DNA of 64,000 nucleotides from Eledone cirrhosa (Eukaryota): NCBI GenBank assembly GCA_964016885.1, contig OZ024746.1, positions 21,886,001 to 21,950,000 of the forward strand, read 5' to 3'. Shown piece by piece: positions 49,991 to 64,000 of this stretch (position 1 is its first letter; each line of letters starts with the position of its first letter). The notes under the pieces were generated by a model. It saw only the letters and a program-made list of their open reading frames with translations, ran no database searches and was not told where the DNA came from. The position numbers and the translations under genes were made by a program.

Positions 49991-50285
49991 TATGTGATTA
50001 TGTGTAAACAGGTATAAACATACATACACACGCACATATGACATTTTTAATGGAAGCAAGTGTGACACAGAGTTTCAAATTAGATATTGGGTCCAGAATA
50101 ATTGGCTTGGCTTGGCTTGGCTTGGTTTATAATATTTACATGAGATGTGTTTGAAGCTATTCCACCACACCTGCTAATCATATATAAGTAAGGTATCCAG
50201 GTGTTGCCTTTTACTTTAAATGAAATATATTCTGGCCACATTAGCCTGACGAAATAATTAAATACGCCCTGTACACATAAACACA

Positions 50286-50330
<45 letters not shown>

Positions 50331-51439
50331 GTGTGTGTGTATGAATATTTATTTGCATAATCAATAAAATACATGAAATTCGGAGTAATAACAGAGAATA
50401 ATCTCACCACTACAGTCAATCAATCAATACACACACATATATACTCACACACACACACACTCACACACATACCCCCCCCCCCCCCCCTACACACACACAC
50501 TCACACACATATATATATATATCATCATCATCATCACCGTTTATAGTCCATTTTTCCATGCTTGTATGGATTAGATGGGATGTCCAAGTCAGGAGACAAG
50601 TCTGGTCAGAATTGGCCACACTATACTTTGCTCCGATGGGACGGTAAATTTGGTCGGGGATTTTACAGCTGGATGCCCTTTCTAACACCAACCACATTTA
50701 CAGTGTGGAACTGGATGGCACAGCTACGAGGAGGGACAGGCCAGTTGGCTGTGCCAAACCATTCTCGCAGTGGAACTGTATATTGGGCACTGCAACCTCG
50801 TTTGCAGTGTGGAACTCGGTGGCATACATTTTTTGGAGGGGACAGGTCAGTTGGCCACACCAAACCCTTCTCATAGCAGTACCTCAGTTTGGGAGCCTGG
50901 GACTGTATGGCACCGCTATGAGGAGAGACAGGCTTAGGAGGTAATGCCGGCATGCATGGGCGACTGCTGGCTTTCCACAAACAACTCTGTCCAGACTTGT
51001 GCCTCAGATGGCAACTTTCTAGGTGTGAATCCCATGGTCACTTGTGACCAAAAGGGGTCTACACTCCACACACACATATATATATATATATGAAGGCTTA
51101 GTGGTTAGAGCATTGGTCTTGCAATCGAAAGGTTGTGAGTTCAATTCTCAGACCGGGGGGTGATGTGTTGTTTCCTTGAGCAAGACACTTTATTTCACAT
51201 TGCTCCAGTTTACTCAGCTGTAGAAATGAGATGATAGGGACTGGGGTCCATATCATTCCACTGCAAAGTGGTCGTGGAGGTGCCATGGCAAAAAAGCACC
51301 CAGCACTCACTGTAAATGAGGTTGGTGTTCGGAAGGGCATCCAGCTGTAGAAATCAAGCCAGAATCAGTTCCTGTCCCACCCTTGCAAGCAGGGAAAAGC
51401 AGACGTAAAATGATAATAATGAAGATATGTGTGTGTGTG

Positions 51440-51504
<65 letters not shown>

Positions 51505-53472
51505 CAGATTGAACAGATATTAATCTATCCAATCCAGCCCAATCTGACCCAGCCAATACGGTCTGATCTGACCTAACCCATTTTGATCCAATCCGGACCA
51601 CTTTGTTCCGGTCCAAGCTGACTCGATTTAGCCAAATCTGGTCCGAAGCAATCAAATCTGATCAAATCTTTGTCAAAGAGTCAGGAGGACACATCAGTTG
51701 TGTCATAGACATGACAATCTCTCTATTGTTGGTGATTTACATGATAAACACACCCAGTACACTCTGTAAAGTGGTTGGTGATAGGAAGGTCATCCTCCCA
51801 TAGAAAACTCATAGAAAACTTACCAAACAAAGGGTCGGAAGTACCTTCAGTTGTATCAAAGATATGACAACCCCTCCCATGTACTCTGTAGAACATATGA
51901 CCATACATAAGTATGATGCAGACTCCTGGCCTGTCTGGGAGATCAGTAGCCCAGTTTCAGTACTGACTTCGTCTAAATAGACCTGCCCAAACCTTGCTAA
52001 CAGTGAAAGCAGACATTAAAATAATGATGATGATGATGATGGTTAGGGTTGGTATCCTATGGATCTTTAGACTGGTATTTCTCAACACTATGGTTTCTAT
52101 GGTTACTAAATCATGTGTTTATTTTTGTTTTGTTTTTCACTATTTTTGTGTTTCTTTCAGTCAACATCAACCCAAGTCCATCCTGCAAAGATACTTTTTT
52201 GCAATCAGTTGACAAATTCCTTACAACTCTCCCAGGTTCTGTCACCTTTATTTTAATTTCTCTCCACGCCCCCTGCCCTTTATTCCTATTTTGTTGACAA
52301 AGTAGGAAACAAGTTTTTATAATCTCTACTTCTTTCTTCCCTATCTCTCATTCCCTCCCCCCACTCCCTCCTCTCACATTCCCTTTCTCTTCCAGTCACT
52401 CTCTTTCTCTCTCAGTCACTCCCTCTTTGTCTCTCTCTTTCCTTACCCTCTCACTGTCACTCCTTCCCCCTTCTATCTCACCTATCCCTATATATTATTT
52501 TCCCATTATGTTTACTAAATGATTATTATGCTTTTACAGTGTACTGCAATTTACTTGGTGCAGAAATTGAAGAGTCATAGTTAAGTTCCAGCCAAATTGT
52601 AAAGAGTAACCAGAGAAAAAAAACACAAAGCAACAACAAACAAACAACTATTATCATCATCATCATTAGTTTAGGTTAGGTTGTCCTGGTTTATGCCTTG
52701 TTGACATGTTCTTTTACTACAGGTTCAAATATTTGTAAACACAAAATGTGTTTTCATTAGACATTCAGAAAACAACTTTAAAAAATGATTTTTATAATAA
52801 TATTCAAACTTTTGAATATTTCTCATTTTCATGGTGAAAAACCTTTACAACTAGAAACCATTGCATCTAATTCCCACCACATCATTGCAATGATGAAATA
52901 CTTTAAAACTTGAGGCTAGAGGCTAATCAGCTTGGATTTACTTGCATTATACTTTCTCTGTAGACATTTCCGACATTAACTTCAATTCAATGATTACTGA
53001 ATCATAAAACATATTTATTTCGAAAGACAAAATACAAATAATTCTTTCTAATATTGGCACAAGGCCAGCAGTTTTGGACGAGGGAAAGGTCGATTATACT
53101 GACCCCAGCATTTTACTGGTACTTTATTTTATTGACCTTTGAATGATGAAAAGCAAAGTTAACCAGGTCAAGATTTGAAATCAGAACATTGAATGTCATA
53201 ACCAAATACCACAAAACATTTTGTTTGACACTCTACCAATTCTGCCAGCCTACTGCCCTCTAATAATGATTTCTAACATTGACAGAAGACCACACATATT
53301 TTGGTGGGAGGGTATAATCAATTAAACTGTCAAGGTACATATTTTATCAACCTCATAAAAATAGAAAAACAGAGAAAATAAAAGAAACCTTGGTGAGATT
53401 TATTGATATTTGATTTTGGAATCTGTTTTTATATCCACAAAGAAAAACCTGTAAACCTCTACCAAAAGAAAA

Positions 53473-53806
53473 ATGCTTTCAAATTATTCTATTCTTATTG
53501 GAATTATCCTTTTTATTGCTCCTGTAGAACAGGTTATCGGAGAGAGCAATTGTGCACCATTAATTCTTTTTAACCGTTACCGACTACAGTTTCCGGTGTT
53601 AAATTATAGAGCAGGAGTTAAAGAAATGTGCCGACATTATGGAGGACGCTGGTTGGAAGAACGTTGCAGTTTATCATCAGTGATTATTGTTGAAATAGAA
53701 TGCTGTCTTTTCAGTTCAATGATTCCAAGTTCTAGTTGTAAAATGTCATTAAGTGACAGGAGAAGAACTCGACTGATTACTTGGGAAAATCCTCCATTAC
53801 ACAAAG
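53473..53806 (+). CDS. Exon 1 of a putative secreted cysteine-rich protein of unknown family
   Basis: aaaATG start, hydrophobic leader (ILIGIILFIAPV), 6 Cys including CC, non-repetitive codon-like sequence; donor AAAG|GTAAAT, phase 1. Confidence 0.65.
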
Positions 53807-54138
53807 GTAAATAATATTTCATACCTTCAATGAAAAGAAATGTCCTATTCTTTAATGTCCTTTACAACATGGTCTGGCAGAGAGGGTGATCCCAATATTT
53901 TTTTCTTTTTTAACTATAATAATATTTTTATTAATCCAAGGTAAATGTAAAATTGATGAACTATCTGTTGGTTTTTGATGATGAGTGTGTAAGTGGCTGA
54001 GCATCCCACATTCCTCCATTTGTGTGTGTATTCATTTTATTAAGGCTAAATAGTGAGTCTTGTTACTATTTATCCTTAATAAAATGAATATCAAAATTTT
54101 ACTTTGGTATTCAGTACTCTTTTTCTCTCAGCCATCAA

Positions 54139-54178
<40 letters not shown>

Positions 54179-54769
54179 GCATGTGAAGATGCCTGGTTTA
54201 GTGGTTTGGGTGTTGGACTGGGCTGGCTAATGTAAGGTCATGAGACAATAAAGGGAGTGCAGTATATTTAAAGTTCAGAAGTATTATTGGGATTGGCAGT
54301 ATCGGTAGAGGGTCGGACGCCATGCTTTCCAGCATAGTTACGTCCCTTTACGATCTGAGTTCAAATCCCGCCGAGGTTGACTTTGCCTTTAATCCTTACG
54401 GGGTCGATAAAATAAAGTACCAGTAATGCACTGGATAATTGCTGGCCTTGTGCCTAAAGTAGAAACAATTATTGTTTTAACTTTACAAAGAATTAATATA
54501 TTCAATGTCAAAGGACTACAAACACGAAATGATTACTAAGCACTTTCTTTGCCTTTCAACTTTAAATTCTTCCTTTTGTGTAGTGTATATTTCTAATGTG
54601 TGTGTGTTTAAACAATCTGATGATAATTTGTAATCTTTATATAGACCATTTTTGTAAGAATAGTACAAAATAGGTTTGGTCTTCTTCATATAAAATTTCA
54701 TCTAAAAAAAAACCCATCTAAAACTGTTATTTTATCACTGTCTAAACCAGTGAATCTTAAACAAGTGTG

Positions 54770-55180
54770 TTGCAAAATATAATTAGATGCACCACCAAGT
54801 GTAGTTAAGTGTGCCACCAGATGTAGTTTGGTGCACCACAAGATGTAACTAGGTGTATCTAGAAATGTAATTACGTGTGCCACAAGATATAGTTAGATGC
54901 ACCACAAGATGTAGTTATATGTGCCACAAGATGTAATTACATGTGCCACAAGATATAGTTAGATGTGCCACAGATGTAATTACATGTGCCACAAGATGTA
55001 GTTAGATGCACCACAAGATATAGTTACATGTGCCACAATATGTAATTACATGTGCAACAAGATGTAATTAGGTGTGCCTCAAGATGTATTTGATGTGTCA
55101 CCAGATGTAGTTAGATGCACCACAAAATGTAATTAGGTGTGCCTCAAGATATAGTTAGGTGCACTATGAGGTGTGCCACA
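54770..55180. repeat. Minisatellite, about 22-bp unit (agatgtaattacatgtgccaca and variants)
   Basis: Directly visible diverged tandem array. Confidence 0.88.
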
Positions 55181-55946
55181 AAAGAGCAAAATTAGATTTG
55201 AAAATGTGAAAAATATAATTGAAACTAAATTCTTAATAAAGTTTATATAAAACTGTCAAAGTGGGAAACAGCTAAACTAAGAATGAAAACATTGCCAAAA
55301 ACAACATCACAAAACACATATTTCTCATTTATAACTTTGCTCCATTTATTCACTAAAGAAGGAAATATAAATATTTTCTCTGTATTTTCAATTATCTATA
55401 TATTGATTTTATGCTATGCTAATATGTGGAAATGCATATTCTGAATAAATTTTTCAAAGTTAGGTACAAAGTGTACTAAAAGATTTTTATTTGTTCTAAA
55501 GCCTCATAACTCCCAGTGGATTTATAATGGCGTCATTGTGACTAGAGCTAGATTTAGACCTATGGGGCTGTTCAGATTTGGTGGACCATTCTTAAAACTA
55601 CAACAAACACTTTAAGGTCATTTTCTTGTTGACCTTATAGGCCCCCATGACAAATTTCTACATGTTAGCTCCTTGAAAGGTGACTGAAGAGTCCAATCTA
55701 TCCCAATTTTGAAATCAGAGTAATCCTTCTCCTATAAAACTGCAAACCAAGGCTAACAAGCTCTGTCAACACTATTTGTTTACACCCTTTGACAGGTTAG
55801 GTTTTGTTTATCACCCTGCAGGGTGTCCAAAAATCACCCTCCTTATCAAGCAAACTTGGTAGGGTTGTTATTTCTTTGTAAGCATGATATGTTGTTTGAA
55901 ACAATAATCTGATGTGTTTATTTTCTTGTCTTATTTTCTTTTCCAG

Positions 55947-56008
55947 AAATATACCAAAGACAACGCCGTAGTAGTGTTGGTGTTGGTGGTAGTGGTGGTG
56001 GAGGTAGC

Positions 56009-56044
<36 letters not shown>

Positions 56045-56049
56045 GGTGG

Positions 56050-56080
<31 letters not shown>

Positions 56081-56143
56081 GCTGGTGCTGGTAGTAGTAG
56101 TAGTAGTACTAGTAGACTCTGGGCCAAGTATACAAGACAATAA
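55947..56143 (+). CDS. Putative exon 2 of the secreted protein (EIYQRQRRSSVGVGGSGGGG-S10-G13-AGAGAGSSSSSTSRLWAKYTRQ*)
   Basis: Strong acceptor (ttttcttttccag). The phase-1 join stays open through the GGT/AGT repeat to TAA at 56141-56143. Confidence 0.5.
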
Positions 56144-57469
56144 TACATAAAATCAAATTAAAACAGAAACTGAAAATATTATAACCAATATGTTGTTGTT
56201 TTTTAAAAAGGGGTTTATGTAAAACTAAGCAGTTTAATTGTTGCAAGGAGTAGAAAGTCTAAGGTTTTTAGATTCAGAGAATAGAAAAGACTATTTGGTG
56301 TTGGGCAAGCATTTGTTGAAGGGCATGTCCCTGAAAAATCATCTATTTCTACATCTCATTATAACTTGTATTTTCAATTAATTGTTACCTGTACAGTACA
56401 GACTCTCACCAGTTTTATCAGATCCCATATTTGTCACTATTTCACAGTCGATGATCCCTCTCTCTTTCTCTGGAATTTAGATCGATTTTAAGCCAGAGGC
56501 ACAGAAGCCAATGCAATTTTTCAATCTAACTACCTATGTAACTGTTCAACAATAGCGATGCCATGTGCATTGATAATTTGTTTTAGACTACAATGTATGT
56601 TGGTTGGAACATACAGAATGTGGAAGGGAACCACAGTAGAGGAAGGCCATGGAACGCCTGGGTAGAGGTGGTGAGAGCTGATCTTAAATTGCTGATTCTT
56701 TCAGTGGAGATGATGAAGGATCACGATGTGTGGAGGGATGCTGTGCTGAAAAGGACCCATCCAACCCATGTAAGCATGGAAAAACAGATATAAAAATAAA
56801 GATTATATCACCTACCTCTACATAAATGTATATTTACTGATAAATTAACTTCAACGCAATGGATGTCTTTCTTTTTTCTTTCATTTTGATGTTTTTATTG
56901 ATTTTTTGGATCAAGTTAAACAGGCCATCATTTTGGTTGACTTTACACATCAGTAGTCATAAATTCCATTCCTGGCAGCACATTGTGTTCTTGAGCAAGT
57001 AACTTTATTTTCACTTTATTCCAGCCCATTCAGCTTGTAAAAATGAGTTGTAGATTGTCATAGACTGTATAAGGTATATGTGTCTGTGGAATGCTTAGAC
57101 ACTTACATGTTAATTTCATAAGCAGGCTATTCCATTGTTTGAACAACTGGAACACACTTAGTCAGAACTGGTTGAGGTCCAACACAAATCATTATTTAAA
57201 CTGCACCCCCTCCCTCCCATGTTATCAAAAGTCCCCCTTCTCTTTCTGCACTCATCACCCTGACAAATCACACCTCATCGACCCAACTCCCTACAGAGCA
57301 GAGAAATATTTTCTATTGAGACAAGGACCAGCAAACTCTTTAACACTGGTGCCACGAAAATGCACCCAGCACACCCTGTATGGTGGTGTGCTAGGTGCAT
57401 CAGGAAGAGTACCCTGCTGTAGAAACCATGCCTAAAAGGGGTTAATATAGTCACATCTTTTCATGATGA

Positions 57470-57960
57470 CTTGGAGGCTTGGGTAGATATTGGATAAGCC
57501 TCATTGTTAGATCTGGTAACAGCAGAATCTCAAAGCATGTCCTTTATGGTGAGTTAATATCTGGTGCAAGACCACAACACAGACCAAAACTGCATTTCAA
57601 AGATTGTGTGAAGATTCCTTAACGTGGTGTAAAACTGACCCATTTTGCTGGGAGGTCATGGCATTAAATAGAAACATGTGATGCATTAATATAGCTAATG
57701 GTGTCAGAATTTTTCAGGAATCTGTTTCAGAATGGGCTAGCATTAAGTATGCAACTAAGAAAGCCAATGTGTGAAAACCTCTATACCTCAATTTGTATGC
57801 AATGTATTTGGCTGCCAAAAGCAGGCTATACAAGTCACCTATGTAAGCATGCAGAACTATCAAACCTCGAATATGAACAATTCCTTGAAGCCAATTTGAC
57901 AGGTGGTACATGTGGTAGAGGAATTTTGAATAAGTCAGGACTTACAAGGCTTTCAAAAAT
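57470..57960 (+). mobile_element. Degenerate RTE (BovB-like) LINE C-terminal fragment
   Basis: RISKHVLYGELISGARPQHRPKLHFKDCV motif. Confidence 0.55.
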
Positions 57961-58431
57961 ATATAATCCTGGTTTGGATCAGACTGAAGGGTCACATAAT
58001 GGAAGAATTGAATTCCAATGTCTTTTATGCAACAAAATACAGATCCTGACTTGTCTCATTACATGAAAACCTATCTAACCCATGCAAGTGTGGAAAAATA
58101 GACGTTAAATGATGACGATGATGAAAACATGCAGGTTCCTTGCAGGCTTTAAAAGTCACTGCATGGCTGACAAACACCAATACAGATATATTACTTGTAT
58201 GTGTTAGTCTTACTTGTCTAAGGAGTTGACGGCCATTATGTATGTATACTCATCCTGCCTTTTTAAGCATATATCTAAGAGTATATTATTCAATGTCATG
58301 TAAATATAATAGAGTGTGATTTGGCTGTTATTTCTAACAGGCTCAGTGATCATGTAGAGGCTCCAGCTTCAAATGAAATCTAAATGTATTAAACTAAATG
58401 AGTTCCCTCCCTTCCTCACAACTGATAAATA

Positions 58432-58641
58432 CGGAGTGAGTCATAAGTAACCGGGCAGTCAATGTATTTATTGCAAGATTTAAATAACTTTTTCCACATC
58501 CGCTTATTTGTGTGTGATCAAACAGGGTTATATTTTTTAAATGATTTTTGTCTGATGTATTTATAATTTATAATCAGAATTTTAGTAAATATCATTTGGA
58601 ACATAAATGTTGGACAGCCTGGTTACTTATGACTCACCCTG
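58432..58641. mobile_element. Tc1/mariner-type MITE
   Basis: TIRs CGGAGTGAGTCATAAGTAACCGGGC and GCCTGGTTACTTATGACTCACCCTG, flanked by TA on both sides. Confidence 0.8.
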
Positions 58642-59151
58642 TATATCATAAAGAACAGGGACTGTTCTCTGAAAGAACATGAACATGAAGATAGAGAAGT
58701 ACACATACGAAAAAGAGACACCATGGTATTAGAAAACCTGCCAAATAAAGGGTTGTGAGGACCCTTTTATTGTGTCAAATACATGACAACCTTTCTAATG
58801 CTAACACCACAATAAAATGCACTCGGTCAAATGTGGGAATGTGTGTAACTGAGAGGTCAGTAGCTCCACATGCATACTGATTAGATCTGTGACAACCTGT
58901 GCAACCATTGTTAGCAAGGAAGATGAACATTAAATTATGATTAAGATATATACACATATGGCTTCCACATAGTTTCTTACTACTAAATACCATACACAAG
59001 TCATTGATCAACCTAAGAATATAGTAGAAGATACATTTAGAAAGTCCTGTGTGGTGGGATTGAACCCATAACTATGTGGCTATAAAACACATTTTTTAAC
59101 CACACAACCACGTCTGTATTTCTCTCACCTCTCTCTCTCTCTTTATACATA

Positions 59152-59184
<33 letters not shown>

Positions 59185-62100
59185 CATGACATTCAAATTA
59201 GACTCTGATGATTAATTTCTTTCAAATTTCACTTTCAATATGTTGTCCTAATTTTATATGAAAATCTGTTTTATTTAGAATAACGCTAAAAGAATGACTA
59301 AAATTGAATGAGAAAGATGAAAAGACGTTTTTTATTGACATCTTTATTAAATAACAATAAGGTTGTTCTAATTTATATTCCAGTTTTACAGCTTGACGAC
59401 ATTAAGTAAGGGGAGGTAACCAGTATTTCCACCTTGTCATTCAATAAAACTATTGTCATGAACAACACTCGCTTAATACATAATTTATACAAGGAAACCT
59501 CTATGTAGTCGATAGACATACTAGAAATAGCAGTGAAATCTTCCTCGTGTCATACTCTACCTAGGCTCATATTATTCATAAGACTAAATCCTAGGGGCTC
59601 GGTAAGGAACCGTTATTTTATCATCACTTTTTTTTCGGCGGAGGCAGTCACATACTTCGTAGGGACCCAATGGCAAAACGAAGCTCAACATACCTGAAAT
59701 CCAAGGGTCTCGGCCATCGGTTAATAAAGCCTAAAATCCAAAAAAATTTTTAATGGAACATTTTTGATCATAGTCCACTTAATCTCAGCTGAGCCGGGGC
59801 CAAACAACAGCACAAATTACAACTAAGGACAGTAACATAAATAACACCTGAAGAAATAATACCCGTACCAATCCCTACCTTTAAGGACAAGTAACAGTAT
59901 ATGAAATAAATATAAATACTAATAACCATTTTTACGGAATTATATTTAGTAACTAACAAGGGCGGTGGATTGGCAGTATCGATAGAGCGCCGGACAATAT
60001 GCTTTGCGGCATATAGTTACGTCCCTTTACGTTCTGAGTTCAAATCCCACCGAGCTTAACTTTACCTTTCATCTTTACGGGGGTCGATAAAATAAAGTAC
60101 CGCTAATGCATTGAGGATGACTTAATTGACCCCCCCCCTCACCTCCACATAAAAAAAAATTGTTATTAAGTTACATTTGCAGAAAAAATACAGAGTACTC
60201 TCCCTTAGATTTTCAATAACATTTTACGATGAAAATTAAGTGAAATGTCAATGACCAATTTTATAGTTTATAACTGAAGGTACCTGGCTTAATAGTTGTA
60301 ATGTTCAGTTCTCGATCGTAAGACCGTGAGTTCGATTCTCGGCGGTACGTTGCACCTTTGAGCAAGAAATTTTATTTCTCGTTACTCCAACCTACTCAGC
60401 TGTGAAAATGAGTTGTACATGTAATACAAGGACTAGCTTTGCTAGCATGACACACTGTGTCCTGCTAAATCTCCCTGAGAACTGGGTACACGTATGGTAG
60501 TTTATTTTCATGAGCAGGTTTTACTGTTCATCAAATAATTTGAACGCTCGTCGTAGGAACTGGCGGAGATCCAACAACAATAACAGCACCAATAACAACT
60601 GTACATTGTGACTTAATTACAAGAGCATCTAGGAGGTGGGGTATGTCAGCCGCCAGTATATCTGTTCAGGCCCCAGGGAATGAAAGAGATTCCGTAAGTA
60701 TCTGGTGCCTCCCCACCACATAAAAAAGTCTCTTAGCTCTCTTGAATTCTAATGAAAAACAAACACTGACCATGATTTTCAAATAATTTAGAAAATAATA
60801 AAAACTGGAGGTATTTAATAATATAACTAACTTCCTTGTTATTAAGCTAGTGTTTGGAATATAGCAAAAGATTATTACAAGTTTTTAGATAAATATAGAT
60901 GATGATGATTTCACGAATAGTCTTAAACCATACAACCAGTGGTAGTTTTTCGAGGATTTGTTATTAAATGGGCTACGATTCTGGGTTCTTGACTGGGGAG
61001 ACTGTGTTTTAAATATAATTCTGTAATAATTTATCCTATCAGAGAGAGTTCAATAACTTGCCAGTCATAGAAATCATGCCAAAATTTTGAATATACAAGC
61101 ATTATGGTCATTTGACCTGCCTAGGAGGGCAGTACAACTGAATAAGAACAGCCTTGGACTGTGATAAGCTGTCCAGCCCATGCTAACATGGAAAGTGGAA
61201 AAAATAATATGATGAATATGATAAAAGTTGTTTAGTCCCAGATCAAGTAGATTTATGATTAAAAGTGTTCCAAACATGACCATTCAGTTGTTATACATAT
61301 TGTATCTGGGTTTACATTATCTAATAGGTCTTTCCTTTGTTTTTAATATATGTAAGACAACAGTCTAAGTTGAAGGTGATTTGGCTGCTTTTCTACCATA
61401 TTGAGTGATGACATATAACCTCCTTCATAGCTCTTCTTTATGGAGTTACCATCAGAAGTTATACTGTTAAAATGTCACAATTTTTGTTACTATAAGAAGC
61501 TACACAGTTAGAAAGTAATCACAATCGGTTAACCTTTAATTCTGGGATGCTATGTATAGCAACTATGACATCCAAACACCTTACAGAACAAAAGATTGCC
61601 TTATACTGACATCATTGAATCAAGTTAATACAAGGACTATCTCGCCTGATGAAGCTAGCCTCATTCTGAGATATTACTGAATCACGTTAATGCAAGGACT
61701 GTCTACCCCGATGAGGCTGGCCTCATACTGGATTTCACCTAGGAATAAACAGTTCAATCCCAGTCAGCTTTCAGGCCAATCAAAATGTAGTGGATCCTCC
61801 ACTAGGATTTTACTTAATCACTATACCAACTACATCTAAACATGCATTGAGTACTACCCTGTTTTGTAGTCTTCCAGGTCTCTGTACTGCAAACACTTGA
61901 TATCATCATCATCATTTGATGTCTAACCTCCCTCTTAGCAAGAGTTGGGGCGATCATTACAGACCAACTCAGCAAAGCTACTGACCCCTCAGACAGGCTA
62001 CAAGTCCTAGACTTGCTTACATACATTCCTGCACTCTGCTGAGTGCTTAGATGGACCAAGGTCCCACAGTTTGCTTATGCATGTTCCTAAGCTCTACCAA

Positions 62101-63881
62101 CTTCATTTTATCATGGCACCAGTTCCAGAGAGTTTGTCATGTCTTTGACATAAGTGAAGAGTTCTCACGACCCTTTGTTTGACAGATTTTTTACAGCTAG
62201 ATGCCCTTTCCATCATGAACCCTTTACAATGAATATTCTTTTAGGACAGATAATAGTTGAGGTAGATTTGGCTCCTAGTTTTAGCGAGCTGTTGCTGTTT
62301 ACTCCCCAGGTCAGTATTAATCAAGCAAGCATATGATGAAAGGCATACCAATCGTGACCATCCTCATTTTTGAAAACTCTCCATAACTACAGCAGCTAAT
62401 GTGTCTTTCACTTGTGATTTGTGGTAGTTTTGGCTACTATTTCTAACAGATAGAGTAACCACGTATATGTGATTGTCTTGCTACATTGTGACATTACTTT
62501 CATCAATTCCACTGAAGTTAGCTTTGCCTTTCATTTGTATAGGGTCAATAAAATAAAGTACCATTAAAGGGTAGGGATCAATTTAATGAACTTTCCTTTC
62601 CCTCCAAAATTGCTGGCCTTGTGCCTAAATCAGACAGCCTCATTATTATTAGTGGTGGATTGCCAGTATTGGTAGAGCACCAAACAACATGCTTTGGGGG
62701 TATATAGCTACGTCCCTTTATGTTCTGATTTCTAATCATGCCTTTCATCCTTATGGGGTCAATAAAATAATGTACCAGTAACACACTGGGATCAATATAA
62801 TTGACTTTCCACTCTGCATAACATTTTTTTTTTTTAAATTGTTGTCCTTGTGCCTAAATCAGAAACCATTGTTTCCTTAATGTGACCTCACCATATGCAC
62901 ACACCCACCTTACCCTGATCCTCAGATAAAGCCAATTCACCTTGTCATTCACTACCTGAATGACAAGTTTAAGTGCAGATGAAGTGTGTCACCTATTTAG
63001 AAGTTATTAAACAGCTCAAGTGATACTAACAGAAAAGGTGGGAATGATGATGATATCATCATTTTCATCATTTCATTTCATTTTACGTCCGGCTTTTCCC
63101 TGCTTGCAAGGGTGAAACGGGAACTGATTATATGTATCATCATCATCATCACCATTTTACGTCTGTTCTTCCACGCTAGCATGGGTTAGACGGGTTGTCC
63201 TGTTGTGGGCAGTGTCATATATTATGAAACAACGTAATCTCCCTCAGCTGACTTTGTCTTGCCGATATGGGAACTGATTCTGGCTTGATTTCTACAGCTG
63301 GATGCTCTTCCTAACACCAACCTCATTTACAGTGAGTGCTGGGTGCTTTTTTTTCTGTCGCGCCTACACATCCACTTTACAGTGTGGGCTGGGTGCTTTT
63401 TTTTCCGTGGCGCCTATGAGTCCACTTTACAGTGTGGGCTGGGTGCTTTTTTTTCCGTGGCGCCTATGAGTCCACTTTACAGTGAGTGCTGGGTGCTTTT
63501 TTGCCGTGGTACCTCCACGACCACTTTACAGTGGAATGATAGGGACCCCAGTCCCTATCATCTCATTTCTACAGCTGAGTAAACTGGAGCAATGTGAAAT
63601 AAAGTGTCTTGCTCAAGGAAACAACACATCAGAATTGAACTCACAACCTTTTGATTGCAAGGCCAATGCTCTAACCACTTAGCCATGTGCCTTTATATAT
63701 ATATATATATATATATAAAGGCACATATATATATATATAAAGGCATATATATATATATATATGGTGATGATGATATATATATATTATGAAACAACGTAAT
63801 CTCCCTCATTCTCACCAAACGTGAAGCTAATAACATTATGTACCACTTACTCCTGCGTTTGCTTGTTTGTCATTTTGAACT

Positions 63882-63936
<55 letters not shown>

Positions 63937-64000
63937 GAAGGAAGTGTGGTAAGAAACCAGGTGGACCATAACGCACCAGAGTACTCAATACTTTGGGTAG

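Noticed and set aside
49309-50068. Poly-Pro/His/Thr ORFs
   Set aside because: Trinucleotide low-complexity tract without splice or coding support.
53473-53806. Insulin-like peptide assignment
   Set aside because: Cys spacing does not fit B-chain CG..L / A-chain CC-x3-C-x8-C, and the basic sites lie after, not between, the Cys clusters.
57698-58066. 122-aa ORF as a gene
   Set aside because: Overlaps a degenerate RTE LINE relic; no recognisable domain.

Overview
AT-rich, microsatellite-dense eukaryotic genomic DNA. The SINE/LINE repertoire and repeat density suggest a coleoid cephalopod, probably Octopus; this is inference. I reconstructed three spliced genes by hand from GT-AG sites and phase-compatible exons. 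(1) A 7-coding-exon tandem-rhodanese sulfurtransferase (TST/MPST family, minus strand, 4358-15545, 281 aa) with an atypical active-site loop CQYGIT. (2) A 6-coding-exon S1 serine protease (plus strand, 35171-44530, about 393 aa) with an N-terminal CBM14/peritrophin-like Cys domain, an intact His/Asp/Ser triad and a non-canonical H|IVPA activation site. (3) A candidate orphan secreted prepropeptide (plus strand, 53473-56143, 176 aa) with a signal peptide, 6 Cys, RRTR and RQRR sites, and a Gly/Ser tail. The rest is LINE relics (RTE, CR1-like, Vingi/Ingi-like, RLE-type), tRNA-derived SINEs, MITEs and minisatellites; most long ORFs in the track are repeat artefacts. The most striking unannotated structure is a set of ORF-less fold-back elements in (TA)n tracts whose arms carry minimal hammerhead-ribozyme motifs (CUGANGA, stem II, GAAA, palindromic stem III, UH). 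Further solo hammerhead motifs and a Penelope-like GIY-YIG endonuclease C-terminus occur nearby.
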